DNA of 64,000 nucleotides from Eubacteriales bacterium (GTDB taxonomy: Bacteria > Bacillota > Clostridia > Oscillospirales > CAG-272). Shown piece by piece: positions 37,460-46,655 of this stretch. Each line of letters starts with the position of its first letter. Positions within the stretch are counted from its first letter, which is position 1. The notes under the pieces are model-generated. The model was given only the letters and a program-made list of their open reading frames with translations. It was not told the DNA's origin and ran no database searches. Both the position numbers and the translations under genes were made by a program. The stretch lies in assembly GCA_045645405.1 (NCBI GenBank), contig JAZRIQ010000025.1:7957-71956 (forward strand). The letters are read 5' to 3'.

Positions 37460-39133
37460 TTAGAAAAGCCCAGTAATTTTTCCGTTATCGTCAACGTCAA
37501 TTTTCAATGCGGCAGGAGCCTTTGGAAGTCCCGGCATTGTCATAATTGCGCCGGTAAGAGCCACAATAAATCCTGCGCCTGCAGAAAGCTTAACCTCTCT
37601 TACAGTTAACGTAAAGTCAGTTGGTCTGCCAAGCTTTGTCGGGTCATCGGAAAGTGAATACTGTGTTTTTGCCATACATACAGGGAAACGCGCATACTCC
37701 GGATTTAGTGCTTCAAATTCAGCTATTGCCTTGGAGGCAACGGCATCAAATTTTACATCCTTTGCTCCGTAAATTTCCTTAGCAACAGTTGTGATTTTAT
37801 CTTTGATTGACATTTCGTCGGGATACAATACGTGGAAATTACTTTCTGTATCGCACGCCTTTACAACCTTACGCGCAAGCTCAATTCCGCCGTCACCGCC
37901 CTTGGCAAATACGTCAGAAAGGGCAAATTCTGCGCCCTTGGCAATACACATTTCCTCTACTGCCTTAAGCTCTGCGTCGGTATCGGTACCAAAACGGTTA
38001 ATTGCAACTACAACAGGTACACCGTATTTTTGAAGATTATCAATATGAGCCTCAAGATTAACCGCTCCGTTTTTAAGTGCTTCAAGGTTTTCATTTGCTA
38101 AATCAGCTTTTGCAACTCCGCCGTTATACTTTAATGCTCTTACAGTAGCCACAAGAACAACGCAAGCGGGCTTAAGGTTAGCAAAACGACATTTAATATC
38201 AAAGAATTTTTCAGCTCCGAGGTCAGCACCGAAGCCTGCTTCGGTAATAGCGTAATCACTTAACTTAAGAGCTAACTTGGTTGCTCTTACAGAGTTACAG
38301 CCGTGAGCGATATTAGCAAACGGACCTCCGTGGATAAGAGCAGGTGTATTTTCAAGGGTTTGAACAAGGTTTGGCTTTAATGCATCCTTTAATACTGCCG
38401 CCATAGCGCCGTTTACGCCAAGGTCGCTGCAATATACGGGGCTACCGTCATATTTATACGCCACAAGAATCTTACCAAGTCTGTTCTTAAGGTCTGAAAT
38501 TGATTCACTAAGGCAAAGAATAGCCATAATTTCGCTTGCAACAGTAATCATAAAGTGATCCTCTCTCGGAACACCGTCAACCTTTGCGCCAAGACCGATA
38601 ACCACGTTACGAAGCGCTCTGTCATTCATATCAAGAACTCTTGGAAACAGCACTCGTCTTTGATCAATACCGAGAGCGTTTCCTTGTTGAATATGATTAT
38701 CGATAACAGCACTCAAAAGATTGTTTGCAGTTGTAATAGCGTGAAAATCGCCTGTAAAGTGAAGGTTGATGTCCTCCATTGGAAGAACCTGAGAGTATCC
38801 GCCACCTGCTGCTCCGCCCTTAACGCCGAACACAGGACCCAAAGACGGCTCACGAAGAGCGATAATCGCGTTTTTACCCAGTTTACTCATTGCCATACCA
38901 AGACCAACTGTCGTGGTAGTCTTGCCTTCTCCTGCCGGAGTTGGATTGATGGCTGTTACTAAAATAAGCTTTCCGTCAGGCTTATTCTCCATTCTTGTTA
39001 AAAATTCATCTGTAATCTTCGCCTTGTACTTGCCATAAGGCTCGTATTCTTCCTCTAAAAGTCCGATTTTTTCTGCAATTTTGGAAATAGGCTCTAATTT
39101 TGCGCTTTGTGCAATTTCAATGTCAGTTAACAT
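37460..39133 (-). CDS. fhs: formate--tetrahydrofolate ligase
   Basis: FTHFS signature [15 protein letters not shown]. The start is set at MLTDIEIAQ (ATG at 39133) with GAGGAG upstream. Confidence 0.9.
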   Translation of the reverse strand: MLTDIEIAQSAKLEPISKIAEKIGLLEEEYEPYGKYKAKITDEFLTRMENKPDGKLILVTAINPTPAGEGKTTTTVGLGMAMSKLGKNAIIALREPSLGPVFGVKGGAAGGGYSQVLPMEDINLHFTGDFHAITTANNLLSAVIDNHIQQGNALGIDQRRVLFPRVLDMNDRALRNVVIGLGAKVDGVPREDHFMITVASEIMAILCLSESISDLKNRLGKILVAYKYDGSPVYCSDLGVNGAMAAVLKDALKPNLVQTLENTPALIHGGPFANIAHGCNSVRATKLALKLSDYAITEAGFGADLGAEKFFDIKCRFANLKPACVVLVATVRALKYNGGVAKADLANENLEALKNGAVNLEAHIDNLQKYGVPVVVAINRFGTDTDAELKAVEEMCIAKGAEFALSDVFAKGGDGGIELARKVVKACDTESNFHVLYPDEMSIKDKITTVAKEIYGAKDVKFDAVASKAIAEFEALNPEYARFPVCMAKTQYSLSDDPTKLGRPTDFTLTVREVKLSAGAGFIVALTGAIMTMPGLPKAPAALKIDVDDNGKITGLF

Positions 39134-39269
39134 TTTTCTTCTCCTCACTGTAAGAATATAATCTCTTGGCTATATTGTAGCATATAATATATATAAAATC
39201 AAATATTTTTTTAATATTATTTACTTTTTTTTGCTTTTGTGATATACTATTTGAGTACCAACCGCACAT

Positions 39270-39346
39270 CTGCCTGTAGCATAGTTGGATAACGCACAAG
39301 ACTCCGACTCTTGAGAACGCAGGTTCGAATCCTGTCAGGCAGGCCA
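39270..39346 (+). tRNA. tRNA-Arg (anticodon CCG)
   Basis: Hand-folded cloverleaf. The acceptor stem ctgcctg/caggcag is followed by G73 and an encoded CCA. The anticodon arm is caaga-CU-CCG-AC-tcttg. The T arm is gcagg-TTCGAAT-cctgt. U8, A14, G18G19 and A21 are present. There is one A12-C23 mismatch in the D stem. Confidence 0.85.
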
Positions 39347-39350
39347 AATC

Positions 39351-39385
39351 AACGACAAATTCCCGAAAGAATTTGTCGTTTTTTA
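39351..39385 (+). terminator. rho-independent terminator after the tRNA
   Basis: Stem acgacaaattc / gaatttgtcgt followed by TTTTT. Confidence 0.75.
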
Positions 39386-39438
39386 ATTGTTTACCTACAA
39401 AAACAAAATTGTTTTCTAAATGCTGAAAGAAAAATAAG

Positions 39439-39471
39439 AGCCGATACAGGCTGTTCCATATCGGCTTTTTT
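39439..39471. terminator. orphan terminator-like hairpin
   Basis: Stem agccgata / tatcggct, followed by TTTTTT on the plus strand and flanked by an A-rich run. No ORF lies between it and the tRNA terminator. Confidence 0.45.
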
Positions 39472-39554
39472 ATTATTCTGCATTCTCAGTGAACAAGTGC
39501 GCTCGTTTCGATATTTTGCGGTGAACGCATAAATTATCAACAAATTTCTTGTAA

Positions 39555-39582
39555 CGACAAATAGCCGATGGCTACATCGGCT
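39555..39582 (-). terminator. probable terminator of the 57-aa small-protein gene
   Basis: Stem agccgatg / catcggct with a 4-nt loop, 18 nt after the stop. The U-tract on the minus strand is weak (auuugucguu). Confidence 0.5.
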
Positions 39583-39599
39583 TTAAAATTTTATTTGAT

Positions 39600-39773
39600 T
39601 TAGAACAAGTTTTTACTTGACAGAGAGTACACTGTTACCTCGTAGGTCTCGTTAGTTTCAGGATCAACACGAGTATCAGTTGTTTGAATAACGCCGTTAC
39701 CAACCGAAACTGTTATTAAATCCTTTGATTCAAGTACCTCGTTTGCGTACTCTGGTACAATATATTTTTTCAT
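39600..39773 (-). CDS. 57-aa small protein, paralogous in its N-terminal half to the 35-aa peptide at 21902-22009
   Basis: ATG at 39773 with GGAGG 4 nt upstream. Sequence: MKKYIVPEYANEVLESKDLITVSVGNGVIQTTDTRVDPETNETYEVTVYSLSSKNLF. It has its own consensus promoter and terminator. The track start (TTG at 39788) lacks an SD. Confidence 0.65.
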   Translation of the reverse strand: MKKYIVPEYANEVLESKDLITVSVGNGVIQTTDTRVDPETNETYEVTVYSLSSKNLF

Positions 39774-39809
39774 AGTACCTCCAAACAACGTACACGCATT
39801 TGCATAATC

Positions 39810-39838
39810 ATTTTAACACATCATTTCATATTTGTCAA
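39810..39838 (-). promoter_or_regulatory. sigma-A promoter of the small-protein gene (TTGACA-17-TAAAAT)
   Basis: -35 is plus-strand tgtcaa at 39833-39838; -10 is plus-strand atttta at 39810-39815. Confidence 0.6.
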
Positions 39839-39845
39839 GTGTATA

Positions 39846-40856
39846 TCACAAAAAATACGCAAAAGTCGCTAAATATTCATCACTCAGTATATGCTCGATT
39901 TCACCTAAGGTTTTGCTCAATCTTTTATTTTTTATTTCCTCATACATAGCATCGAAAATTCTTACTCTTATAGCTGAAATTATAGATTTTTCAATCCAAT
40001 ATGAAAATTTAGTATTCTTCAAGCTTTTTTCGTACTTTTTCATTTTTACATAACATTCCACACCGTCAGATACATCGTGCCACAAATCAGCAAAGACAAA
40101 ATCGTATCCACCCTTGCTCATTTGATTTTTGGCAAAATCATAAGCATCGTTTTTTACTATTTTTATCTTATTTTTGTTATCAAATTGAGGTAAAATATGA
40201 TTTTCAAAAAGAGAAATTACCTCCTCATCCCTCTCAACCACAGTTACGGAAGAAACGTTATCCTTAAGACTTATCATATACGCATAATAACCAAGTCCCA
40301 AACCATAGACAAGAACATTTCCAAACGCATCGTCTATCGGTTTTTTCATAGTTTCTATTTCATTTGGCTTTATTGCCATCCATTCCACACCGTTTTCGAA
40401 TACTGTCGGGAAAGAAAACTCCTCGTCAAAAAAGCCTATTTTGGGTATTTCAGTATACTTATCACGTATTATGTCATTGTATATAAACGCTTCATAAGGC
40501 TTGTAGCTTTGATAACCCAAATTCCATTTACCTATTTGCTGTTTGGGAATCTTTATTTTTTGGAAATACGGATTTTGCTTATATTCGTTTGTATTAAGTT
40601 TTTTGACTGATTTTAAGTAATATTCCTTCAAAAGCTCGTTTGACAGCTTTTGGTCTTCAGTAAAAGCGTTAGACAAAAACACCGCGTAGGAATATTCCTC
40701 CAATGAATTATCTCCATTAGTTATTTCATCCATAATTTTCTTCGTCATAGCACAGGGCGCATTATTCAAATAAGCAGCCACTTGAGAAAAAACAAGGAGA
40801 TTTTTTTCTTGTCTTAAATATATTTCATCTATTTTTTTCAATTCTTCATTATTCAA
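39846..40856 (-). CDS. spermidine-synthase-like class I SAM-dependent methyltransferase-fold protein
   Basis: The C-terminal half has GxGxG (VLVYGLGLGY), an acidic loop (VVERD) and DLW, as in the SpeE-like fold. The N-terminal roughly 170 aa are unassigned. It uses a TTG start at 40856 with GGAGAG 9 nt upstream. Confidence 0.5.
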   Translation of the reverse strand: MNNEELKKIDEIYLRQEKNLLVFSQVAAYLNNAPCAMTKKIMDEITNGDNSLEEYSYAVFLSNAFTEDQKLSNELLKEYYLKSVKKLNTNEYKQNPYFQKIKIPKQQIGKWNLGYQSYKPYEAFIYNDIIRDKYTEIPKIGFFDEEFSFPTVFENGVEWMAIKPNEIETMKKPIDDAFGNVLVYGLGLGYYAYMISLKDNVSSVTVVERDEEVISLFENHILPQFDNKNKIKIVKNDAYDFAKNQMSKGGYDFVFADLWHDVSDGVECYVKMKKYEKSLKNTKFSYWIEKSIISAIRVRIFDAMYEEIKNKRLSKTLGEIEHILSDEYLATFAYFL

Positions 40857-40910
40857 AATAAGACACTCTCCTTTATGTAAATTATGAGGTAACGGTGTTA
40901 CCTCATAATT

Positions 40911-41735
40911 TTATCGTTCAAATGATGATAAAGCAGCACCTATTACCGTACTGAATTGCGCATTCTCGGGAATCATAAACCTCATATCAAACATCTGATT
41001 CAACGTATCAAAGATTGGCTTTGCCTGCGACATTTGCGTAAGGTTTCCCGTTAATACAACGTCCTTAATATCAAATTGCTTTGCCCCGAAATACGCTATC
41101 ATACCGATGGTTTCAAAAACCATATTTATAATTCCTGCGGCAAGGTCGCCCTGAGTTGCAATATCGCTGAGCTTGCCGAAATTGGAAGCAGTCAAATGTC
41201 CGCTTAATCCTATGTCCTTTTGAGAAATATCTCGCACCTTTAAATCTATGTTATCTATATTTCCCGTTCTTGCAATCTCGTCTATATGCTCAACCGTGTT
41301 AAGTCCCAAAAGCTTTCGCGAAAGTCCCATAAGAGTTCCGCCTCCAACACCTGTACCGCCCATATAAACAGGCTCCTTGCCTTCTTCTGCGTGAACAAGA
41401 GCAGTTCCTGTTCCAAGGCTGACAATTATCGCTTCCTTGAGTCCGGAAAGATAAAGACCTCCCAATCCTATGCTTTTAAATTCAGGAGTTATCTGACATT
41501 CCAATCCGTAAATAGGCTTATTAACGTACGATGAGCCTGCGCCTGTAAGCATAACCTTATCTATATCGGATAATCCTAAATTGTTTTTATCTGTAAATTT
41601 ACCAAAAGCGCCATAAATCGAGGTTATCGGGTCGTTTGCGGTCACAAACATGGGCTCAATAAGATTTTTCTTATTATCAAAGCCTACTATCTTCGTAGTG
41701 CTTCCGCCGATGTCAATTCCTATTACTACTCCCAT
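40911..41735 (-). CDS. coaW: type II (Fumble/CoaW-like) pantothenate kinase
   Basis: ASKHA motifs GIDIGGSTTKIV, VSLGTGTA and GGTGVGGGTLMGL. The 274-aa length is similar to staphylococcal CoaW. Confidence 0.55.
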   Translation of the reverse strand: MGVVIGIDIGGSTTKIVGFDNKKNLIEPMFVTANDPITSIYGAFGKFTDKNNLGLSDIDKVMLTGAGSSYVNKPIYGLECQITPEFKSIGLGGLYLSGLKEAIIVSLGTGTALVHAEEGKEPVYMGGTGVGGGTLMGLSRKLLGLNTVEHIDEIARTGNIDNIDLKVRDISQKDIGLSGHLTASNFGKLSDIATQGDLAAGIINMVFETIGMIAYFGAKQFDIKDVVLTGNLTQMSQAKPIFDTLNQMFDMRFMIPENAQFSTVIGAALSSFER

Positions 41736-41844
41736 ATTTATCCCCCCCTTTGTTTTTTATTATTTTATCACAATTCACAAAAAAAATCAACACGTATATA
41801 AAAAATACCGACTTCCGTCGGTATTTTCATTATTTAGCTAATTT

Positions 41845-42870
41845 TTATTCAAGGGTTATTTCGCAACCGAGCTGAGCAGATTTGTAAAGCGCTTCGAGAA
41901 TTTTAACCATATTAACACCTTGAACAGGTACGAAATCAGGCTCGCACTTACCCTCAATTACATCTATAAAATGACGGATATTACCTTCGTGGTGGTTAAG
42001 ACCTCGATAGTCGTCCGTTGCAGGACGAAGGGTAGCGAGTGTACCGCATTCTTCGGTATAAATTTCAAACTTATTCTCAATGCCAAGAAGCTTTGAACCC
42101 GCCTTTTCTCCGCGAAGCTCAAGGAAAATTTGGTCATTTTCGATATTAGACGCCCAAGAAAATTCGATTTGCAAGCATGCTCCGTTATCAAAGCGAATAA
42201 AGCCCATTGCCAAATCCTCAACGTTGTTTTTTGAGTTTGTCGTATGCGCAAATTTTGAATAAGTGCATCCGCTTACAGTTACAGGCTTTACATTACCCAT
42301 AAGATACATAGCAAGATCGATAATGTGAACGCCAAGGTCAATAAGCGGTCCTCCGCCACTCTGCTCCTTATCGGTAAACCAGCCGCCCCATCCCGGAATT
42401 CCGCGGCGCCTTATCCAACCGCATCTTGCTGCATAAATTTCACCCATTTTGCCCTCAGCTATATATTTCTTTAAAAACTGAGTTGATTGACGATAACGGT
42501 TGTTTCTTATAGTCATTAGGGTTTTGCCACTTTTTTCAGCAGCCTTTTGCATTTTTACAGCTTCACTTGCGTTAATTGCATCGGGTTTTTCGCAAAGGAC
42601 GTTCAAGCCGTGCTCCAACGCATAAATTGCCACTATAGAATGGAAATTATTAGGCGTGCAGATGTCAACGGCATCAAGCGTTTCCTTTTCAATCATTTCC
42701 TTATAATCCTTATAGAGCGTAGCGTTAGGATAGCGCTTTTTTACTTCCTCAAGTCTTTCGTCCACAATATCGCAAACCGCAACAATTTCTACGTTGTCGA
42801 TTTTATCGTAAGCCCCTAAATGAGGTCCTTGACATATTTTGCCTGCTCCGACAATGCCGATTCTTACCAT
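41845..42870 (-). CDS. Gfo/Idh/MocA family oxidoreductase
   Basis: N-terminal Rossmann motif IGIVGAGKI and an EKP motif (CEKPDA). Confidence 0.8.
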   Translation of the reverse strand: MVRIGIVGAGKICQGPHLGAYDKIDNVEIVAVCDIVDERLEEVKKRYPNATLYKDYKEMIEKETLDAVDICTPNNFHSIVAIYALEHGLNVLCEKPDAINASEAVKMQKAAEKSGKTLMTIRNNRYRQSTQFLKKYIAEGKMGEIYAARCGWIRRRGIPGWGGWFTDKEQSGGGPLIDLGVHIIDLAMYLMGNVKPVTVSGCTYSKFAHTTNSKNNVEDLAMGFIRFDNGACLQIEFSWASNIENDQIFLELRGEKAGSKLLGIENKFEIYTEECGTLATLRPATDDYRGLNHHEGNIRHFIDVIEGKCEPDFVPVQGVNMVKILEALYKSAQLGCEITLE

Positions 42871-43611
42871 TTATTTTTCCTCTAATCTTGCAACCCAAGG
42901 ACATTCAAGAGGTCTCTTTGGACACACAGGAGCCGCCCATCTTACCGCATTGGTAATAATTGTTTGCACATTTTTATTATAGAAGGTTGGGTAGGATTCA
43001 TGTCCGGGTTGGAAATAGAATACCTTTCCGTTTTCTCTATGCCATACACAAGCGGAACGGAATACTTCTCCGCCATTGTACCAACCAATCATAAGGAGCT
43101 TATCAGGGTCCGGAATGCCGAATGGCTCTGTATAAGTTTCTTCCGCTTCAAGTTCAATAAATCTATCGTTCAAGCCAGCCATAATAGGATGGTTATGGTC
43201 TAAAATCCAAAGTCTTTCCTTATCGTCGCTTTCTCTCCAGCCAAGATTACATGTTGTTCCCATTAAAAGCTTGAACGGCTTGGAGTGGTGAGCAGAATGA
43301 AGGAAAATCATACCCATTCCGCCTAAAACAGCTTCTTTAACCTTTACTGCAATTTCATCAGGAACCTCGCCGTGTCTTACGTGTCCCCACCAAAGCATAA
43401 CGTCTGTATTGGCAAGCAACTCATCAGTAATGCCTGCGTTTTCTACTAAATTTTTGTTTTCATCATAAAGCGATACGGTTGTAATCTCCATATCCTCATT
43501 AGTACCGAGAAATTCAGCAATAGCTCCGTGTATTCCGTTAGGATACACGTTTCTTATTCTTTCCTCCTCTTGCTCGTGGCAATATTCATTCCAAACTGTT
43601 ACTTTTATCAT
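42871..43611 (-). CDS. ThuA-domain protein
   Basis: 246 aa with a class-I glutamine-amidotransferase-like ThuA layout. It abuts the downstream oxidoreductase with no gap, a common pairing. Confidence 0.6.
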   Translation of the reverse strand: MIKVTVWNEYCHEQEEERIRNVYPNGIHGAIAEFLGTNEDMEITTVSLYDENKNLVENAGITDELLANTDVMLWWGHVRHGEVPDEIAVKVKEAVLGGMGMIFLHSAHHSKPFKLLMGTTCNLGWRESDDKERLWILDHNHPIMAGLNDRFIELEAEETYTEPFGIPDPDKLLMIGWYNGGEVFRSACVWHRENGKVFYFQPGHESYPTFYNKNVQTIITNAVRWAAPVCPKRPLECPWVARLEEK

Positions 43612-43752
43612 TGTTGTTCCTTCCTTTTGTATAAAAGAATTTTTTATAAGTATATCATATTACAGGCTATATTTCAAGCAAGTAGTTAAAATTTATTGAC
43701 AAAAAAATCTTAAAATGGTAACATATAATAAATATATGACAAGAGGTGTAAC

Positions 43753-44427
43753 ATGGTCAATTTAGGAAACGATTGGAACGAAATTTTAAAAGACGAATTC
43801 AACAAGGAATACTATTTAAAAATCAGACAATTTTTAAAGAACGAATATTCTCGTTATACAGTTTTTCCTTCAATGTATGATATTTTTAATGCTCTGAAAT
43901 ACACCTCTTATAGAGATACAAAGGTGGTTATATTAGGTCAGGACCCATATCATGAAACAGGTCAAGCCCACGGTCTTTCCTTTTCTGTCAAGCAAGGGGT
44001 AAAGACACCGCCTTCTTTAGTTAACATTTACAAGGAATTAAAAAGTGACATAGGAATGGCTGCTCCATGTCACGGAGAGCTTACCTCTTGGGCAAAGCAA
44101 GGCGTACTACTCTTAAATGCAACTCTTACTGTAAGAGAAGGACAAGCAAACAGCCACAAGGATATTGGTTGGGCCGTCTTTACTGACGAAATAATAAAAA
44201 AATTGGATTCCAATAACAACCCGATAGTATTCATTTTATGGGGAGCTAACGCTCGCAGCAAAAAGAAATATATAACCAACAAAAATCATTTGGTTATCGA
44301 ATCCGCTCATCCGTCTCCTCTTTCGGCACATAACGGTTTCTTTGGTTCAAGACCGTTTTCGAAAGCCAATGATTTTTTAGTACGGCACGGAGTGTCTCCA
44401 ATCAACTGGAATAGTGTTAATGAATAA
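43753..44427 (+). CDS. ung: uracil-DNA glycosylase (family 1)
   Basis: Motifs [10 protein letters not shown] and HPSPLSA. Confidence 0.9.
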   Translation: MVNLGNDWNEILKDEFNKEYYLKIRQFLKNEYSRYTVFPSMYDIFNALKYTSYRDTKVVILGQDPYHETGQAHGLSFSVKQGVKTPPSLVNIYKELKSDIGMAAPCHGELTSWAKQGVLLLNATLTVREGQANSHKDIGWAVFTDEIIKKLDSNNNPIVFILWGANARSKKKYITNKNHLVIESAHPSPLSAHNGFFGSRPFSKANDFLVRHGVSPINWNSVNE

Positions 44428-44544
44428 AAAAACAGACTGCCTATGCCTTAAGCGGCTCGTTGGCAGTCTATTTTCATTGTTTCATTTCAAGCAAAAAAAT
44501 AATAGCAGCAACACTTGTCAAAGCTTTTATATGTTTTGGGGTTA

Positions 44545-45348
44545 TTAGTTACTTAATTTTTCTCCGCATCTTCTTACTCTTGCTTCTCCGGAATTAAAGA
44601 CACACATTGTGCCATTTTCTTTTTTCACTACCAGTTCAGCGTTATCGTTTATATCCAAAGCAACTCCTGAAATAACCTCACTGCCTCTGTACACATTTAC
44701 GTTTTTGCCGATTATGCTCGATTTTGATTTGTACTTTTCCATATAGGCTTTTTGAGGCAATTTCTTATAATACGTTATAAAGGAATCTATTATATTGGCA
44801 CATAGTTTTTCCTTATACTCACTTGGAGCTTCATTTTCAAAAATTGCTCCTGCGATGTTTTTGATTTCATCATCAAAACCGTTTTGCGGCGGTAATATAT
44901 TGACGCCTATACCGCAAATTACATAATCAAGGCTCTTTCCGTCGCCGCTAAAGGATGCTTCCGTCAGAATGCCGCTTACCTTTTTTTCTTCTATATATAT
45001 ATCATTTATCCATTTTATTTGCGTCTCTTTTTGAGAGGTGCTTTCAATTGCATCCGAAACCGCTACCGCAGCCAACGCCGTAACGTCAACACACTTATTT
45101 GCTTCCATTTCAGGTCTGAGAATTATAGACATATAAAGACCGTTCTCACTGTTTGAAATAAAGCTTCTTCCAAGTCTTCCTCTTCCGTTTGTTTGTTTAA
45201 GAGCTACTACAGTTGTAAATTCATTTTCTCCGTTTTTTGCCAACTCTTTAGCTGTAATATTAGAGGATACCAATTCATCATAAACAATAAGCTTTACATC
45301 GTTAAAAAGATGTTTTTTTATAGTTTTTTCCACTAAATCCACTTTCAT
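44545..45348 (-). CDS. birA: biotin--[acetyl-CoA-carboxylase] ligase
   Basis: GRGRLGRSF biotin-binding loop. At 267 aa there is no obvious N-terminal HTH domain. Confidence 0.8.
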   Translation of the reverse strand: MKVDLVEKTIKKHLFNDVKLIVYDELVSSNITAKELAKNGENEFTTVVALKQTNGRGRLGRSFISNSENGLYMSIILRPEMEANKCVDVTALAAVAVSDAIESTSQKETQIKWINDIYIEEKKVSGILTEASFSGDGKSLDYVICGIGVNILPPQNGFDDEIKNIAGAIFENEAPSEYKEKLCANIIDSFITYYKKLPQKAYMEKYKSKSSIIGKNVNVYRGSEVISGVALDINDNAELVVKKENGTMCVFNSGEARVRRCGEKLSN

Positions 45349-45405
45349 ATTGTCCTCTCTCTGCTAAAAAACAAACGCTAGAAAATTCTAGCGTTTGTAA
45401 GCATT

Positions 45406-46548
45406 TTATTTGTTTTCAGAACTTCCGTAGATAGTTTCGATAAGCTTTGCTCTTTCAGCTTCACCACTAATTACATAAGCATAATTGCCCTTGTGATACA
45501 AGCTAACCTTGCTCTCGTCACCAATATCAATTGCATTTAATTCTGCTTCCTTAAGCATAAAGAGTGACATTTTTGCCAAGGTAGTAAGGTCCTCTCTTAC
45601 CATAGAGATCTTTGTGCCGCCAATTATCAAATCGAATGCATTTCTCATACCACCAATACCGCTTGTAAAGAGTGAAACGCCAAGTGATTTCATAACCTTG
45701 CCTGCGTTTGCATTGCTGGCTCTTAAGAATGCAATAGCCTGCATACCGTCAAGATGCGCCTTGCCGTTTGAATCAGTCGGAACTTCAACAGTTGTGCCAA
45801 ACTTTTCATTATAACTATCAATTGCAGTCTTTAGTTCAATCGCCGTCGTATCCTTAACATTAACGCCACCAACGCTGTCAATAAGTTTTGCGGCAGCAGT
45901 CATATCCGTTTCAATATAGCCTTCGATTTGGAAACCAAAGTTGTGCTTAAGCGTTTTTGTAAGCAACGCTGCACCGCCAAACTCATAAGAGTCACGGAGT
46001 CTGCCTATACCAACCATTGGAATATAAACGAGAGCTGTTTCTGTAAAGGTTAAGTAAGTAACCTTTTTAGTTTCCTTGTTAAAGGAAGCTATTAAAATAA
46101 ACGTTGCAACACCTTTGTCTGAATCAGCAAATTTGTTAATGCCGTAAATTGCATAGTTATAAATGTGGTCAGCATCCTTAATAGAATGTGACGCCTCTGC
46201 GTAGTTTAGTAAGATGTCGTTTGCGGCAGCCTTGTATTCGTCGCAGGTTATGTATGGTTCATTGTAAATGCCCATATCAGCAATTTCTTGCGCAGGAATG
46301 ATTTCAACCTTCTCGTAATGACCTGCGTTTAATTTCATCGCATAGCTATTAACGATAAGATTCACAATCAAAAGCGCTATTGCACAAACAGCTAAAACCA
46401 TAAGCAAAACTCCAATAATCCTTGCGCCGAAAGTCATTTTGCTTGACTTTGCCACATCAGGAGTTGCATTTGGAGCCTGGTTAGGAGCAATAGTAGCACA
46501 ATCAACCGCAGATATGTTGTTATTATTAAAGTCTATTCTTTTGCTCAT
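45406..46548 (-). CDS. LytR-CpsA-Psr (LCP) family glycopolymer transferase
   Basis: N-terminal TM anchor followed by an LCP-like core (...FILIASFNKETKKVTYLTF...GGAALLTKTLKHNFGFQIEGYIETD...). A consensus promoter lies upstream. Confidence 0.6.
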   Translation of the reverse strand: MSKRIDFNNNNISAVDCATIAPNQAPNATPDVAKSSKMTFGARIIGVLLMVLAVCAIALLIVNLIVNSYAMKLNAGHYEKVEIIPAQEIADMGIYNEPYITCDEYKAAANDILLNYAEASHSIKDADHIYNYAIYGINKFADSDKGVATFILIASFNKETKKVTYLTFTETALVYIPMVGIGRLRDSYEFGGAALLTKTLKHNFGFQIEGYIETDMTAAAKLIDSVGGVNVKDTTAIELKTAIDSYNEKFGTTVEVPTDSNGKAHLDGMQAIAFLRASNANAGKVMKSLGVSLFTSGIGGMRNAFDLIIGGTKISMVREDLTTLAKMSLFMLKEAELNAIDIGDESKVSLYHKGNYAYVISGEAERAKLIETIYGSSENK

Positions 46549-46655
46549 TGTGAGTCCTCCTTAAATCTTAAAACTACCTTTAATATTTATTTTATTATAT
46601 ATCAATTTAGCCGCGTTGTCAACAGTTTTGAAGCAAAAATATATATTTTCTGTCA

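Noticed and set aside
39123-39347. 74-aa minus-strand ORF (MACLTGFEPAFSRVG...).
   Set aside because: It is the antisense read-through of the tRNA-Arg gene and the fhs promoter region, a classic tRNA-shadow translation.
39420-39437. Five-codon mini-ORF (MLKEK) just before a terminator hairpin; considered as a leader peptide.
   Set aside because: There is no SD, no regulatory codon pattern and no downstream gene on that strand to attenuate.
39347-40900. Possible integrated element downstream of the tRNA-Arg gene, a common integration site.
   Set aside because: No integrase, recombinase, transposase or phage-like ORF occurs anywhere in the window. I did not see a direct repeat of the tRNA 3' end. 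The downstream genes look like ordinary chromosomal genes with host-like signals.
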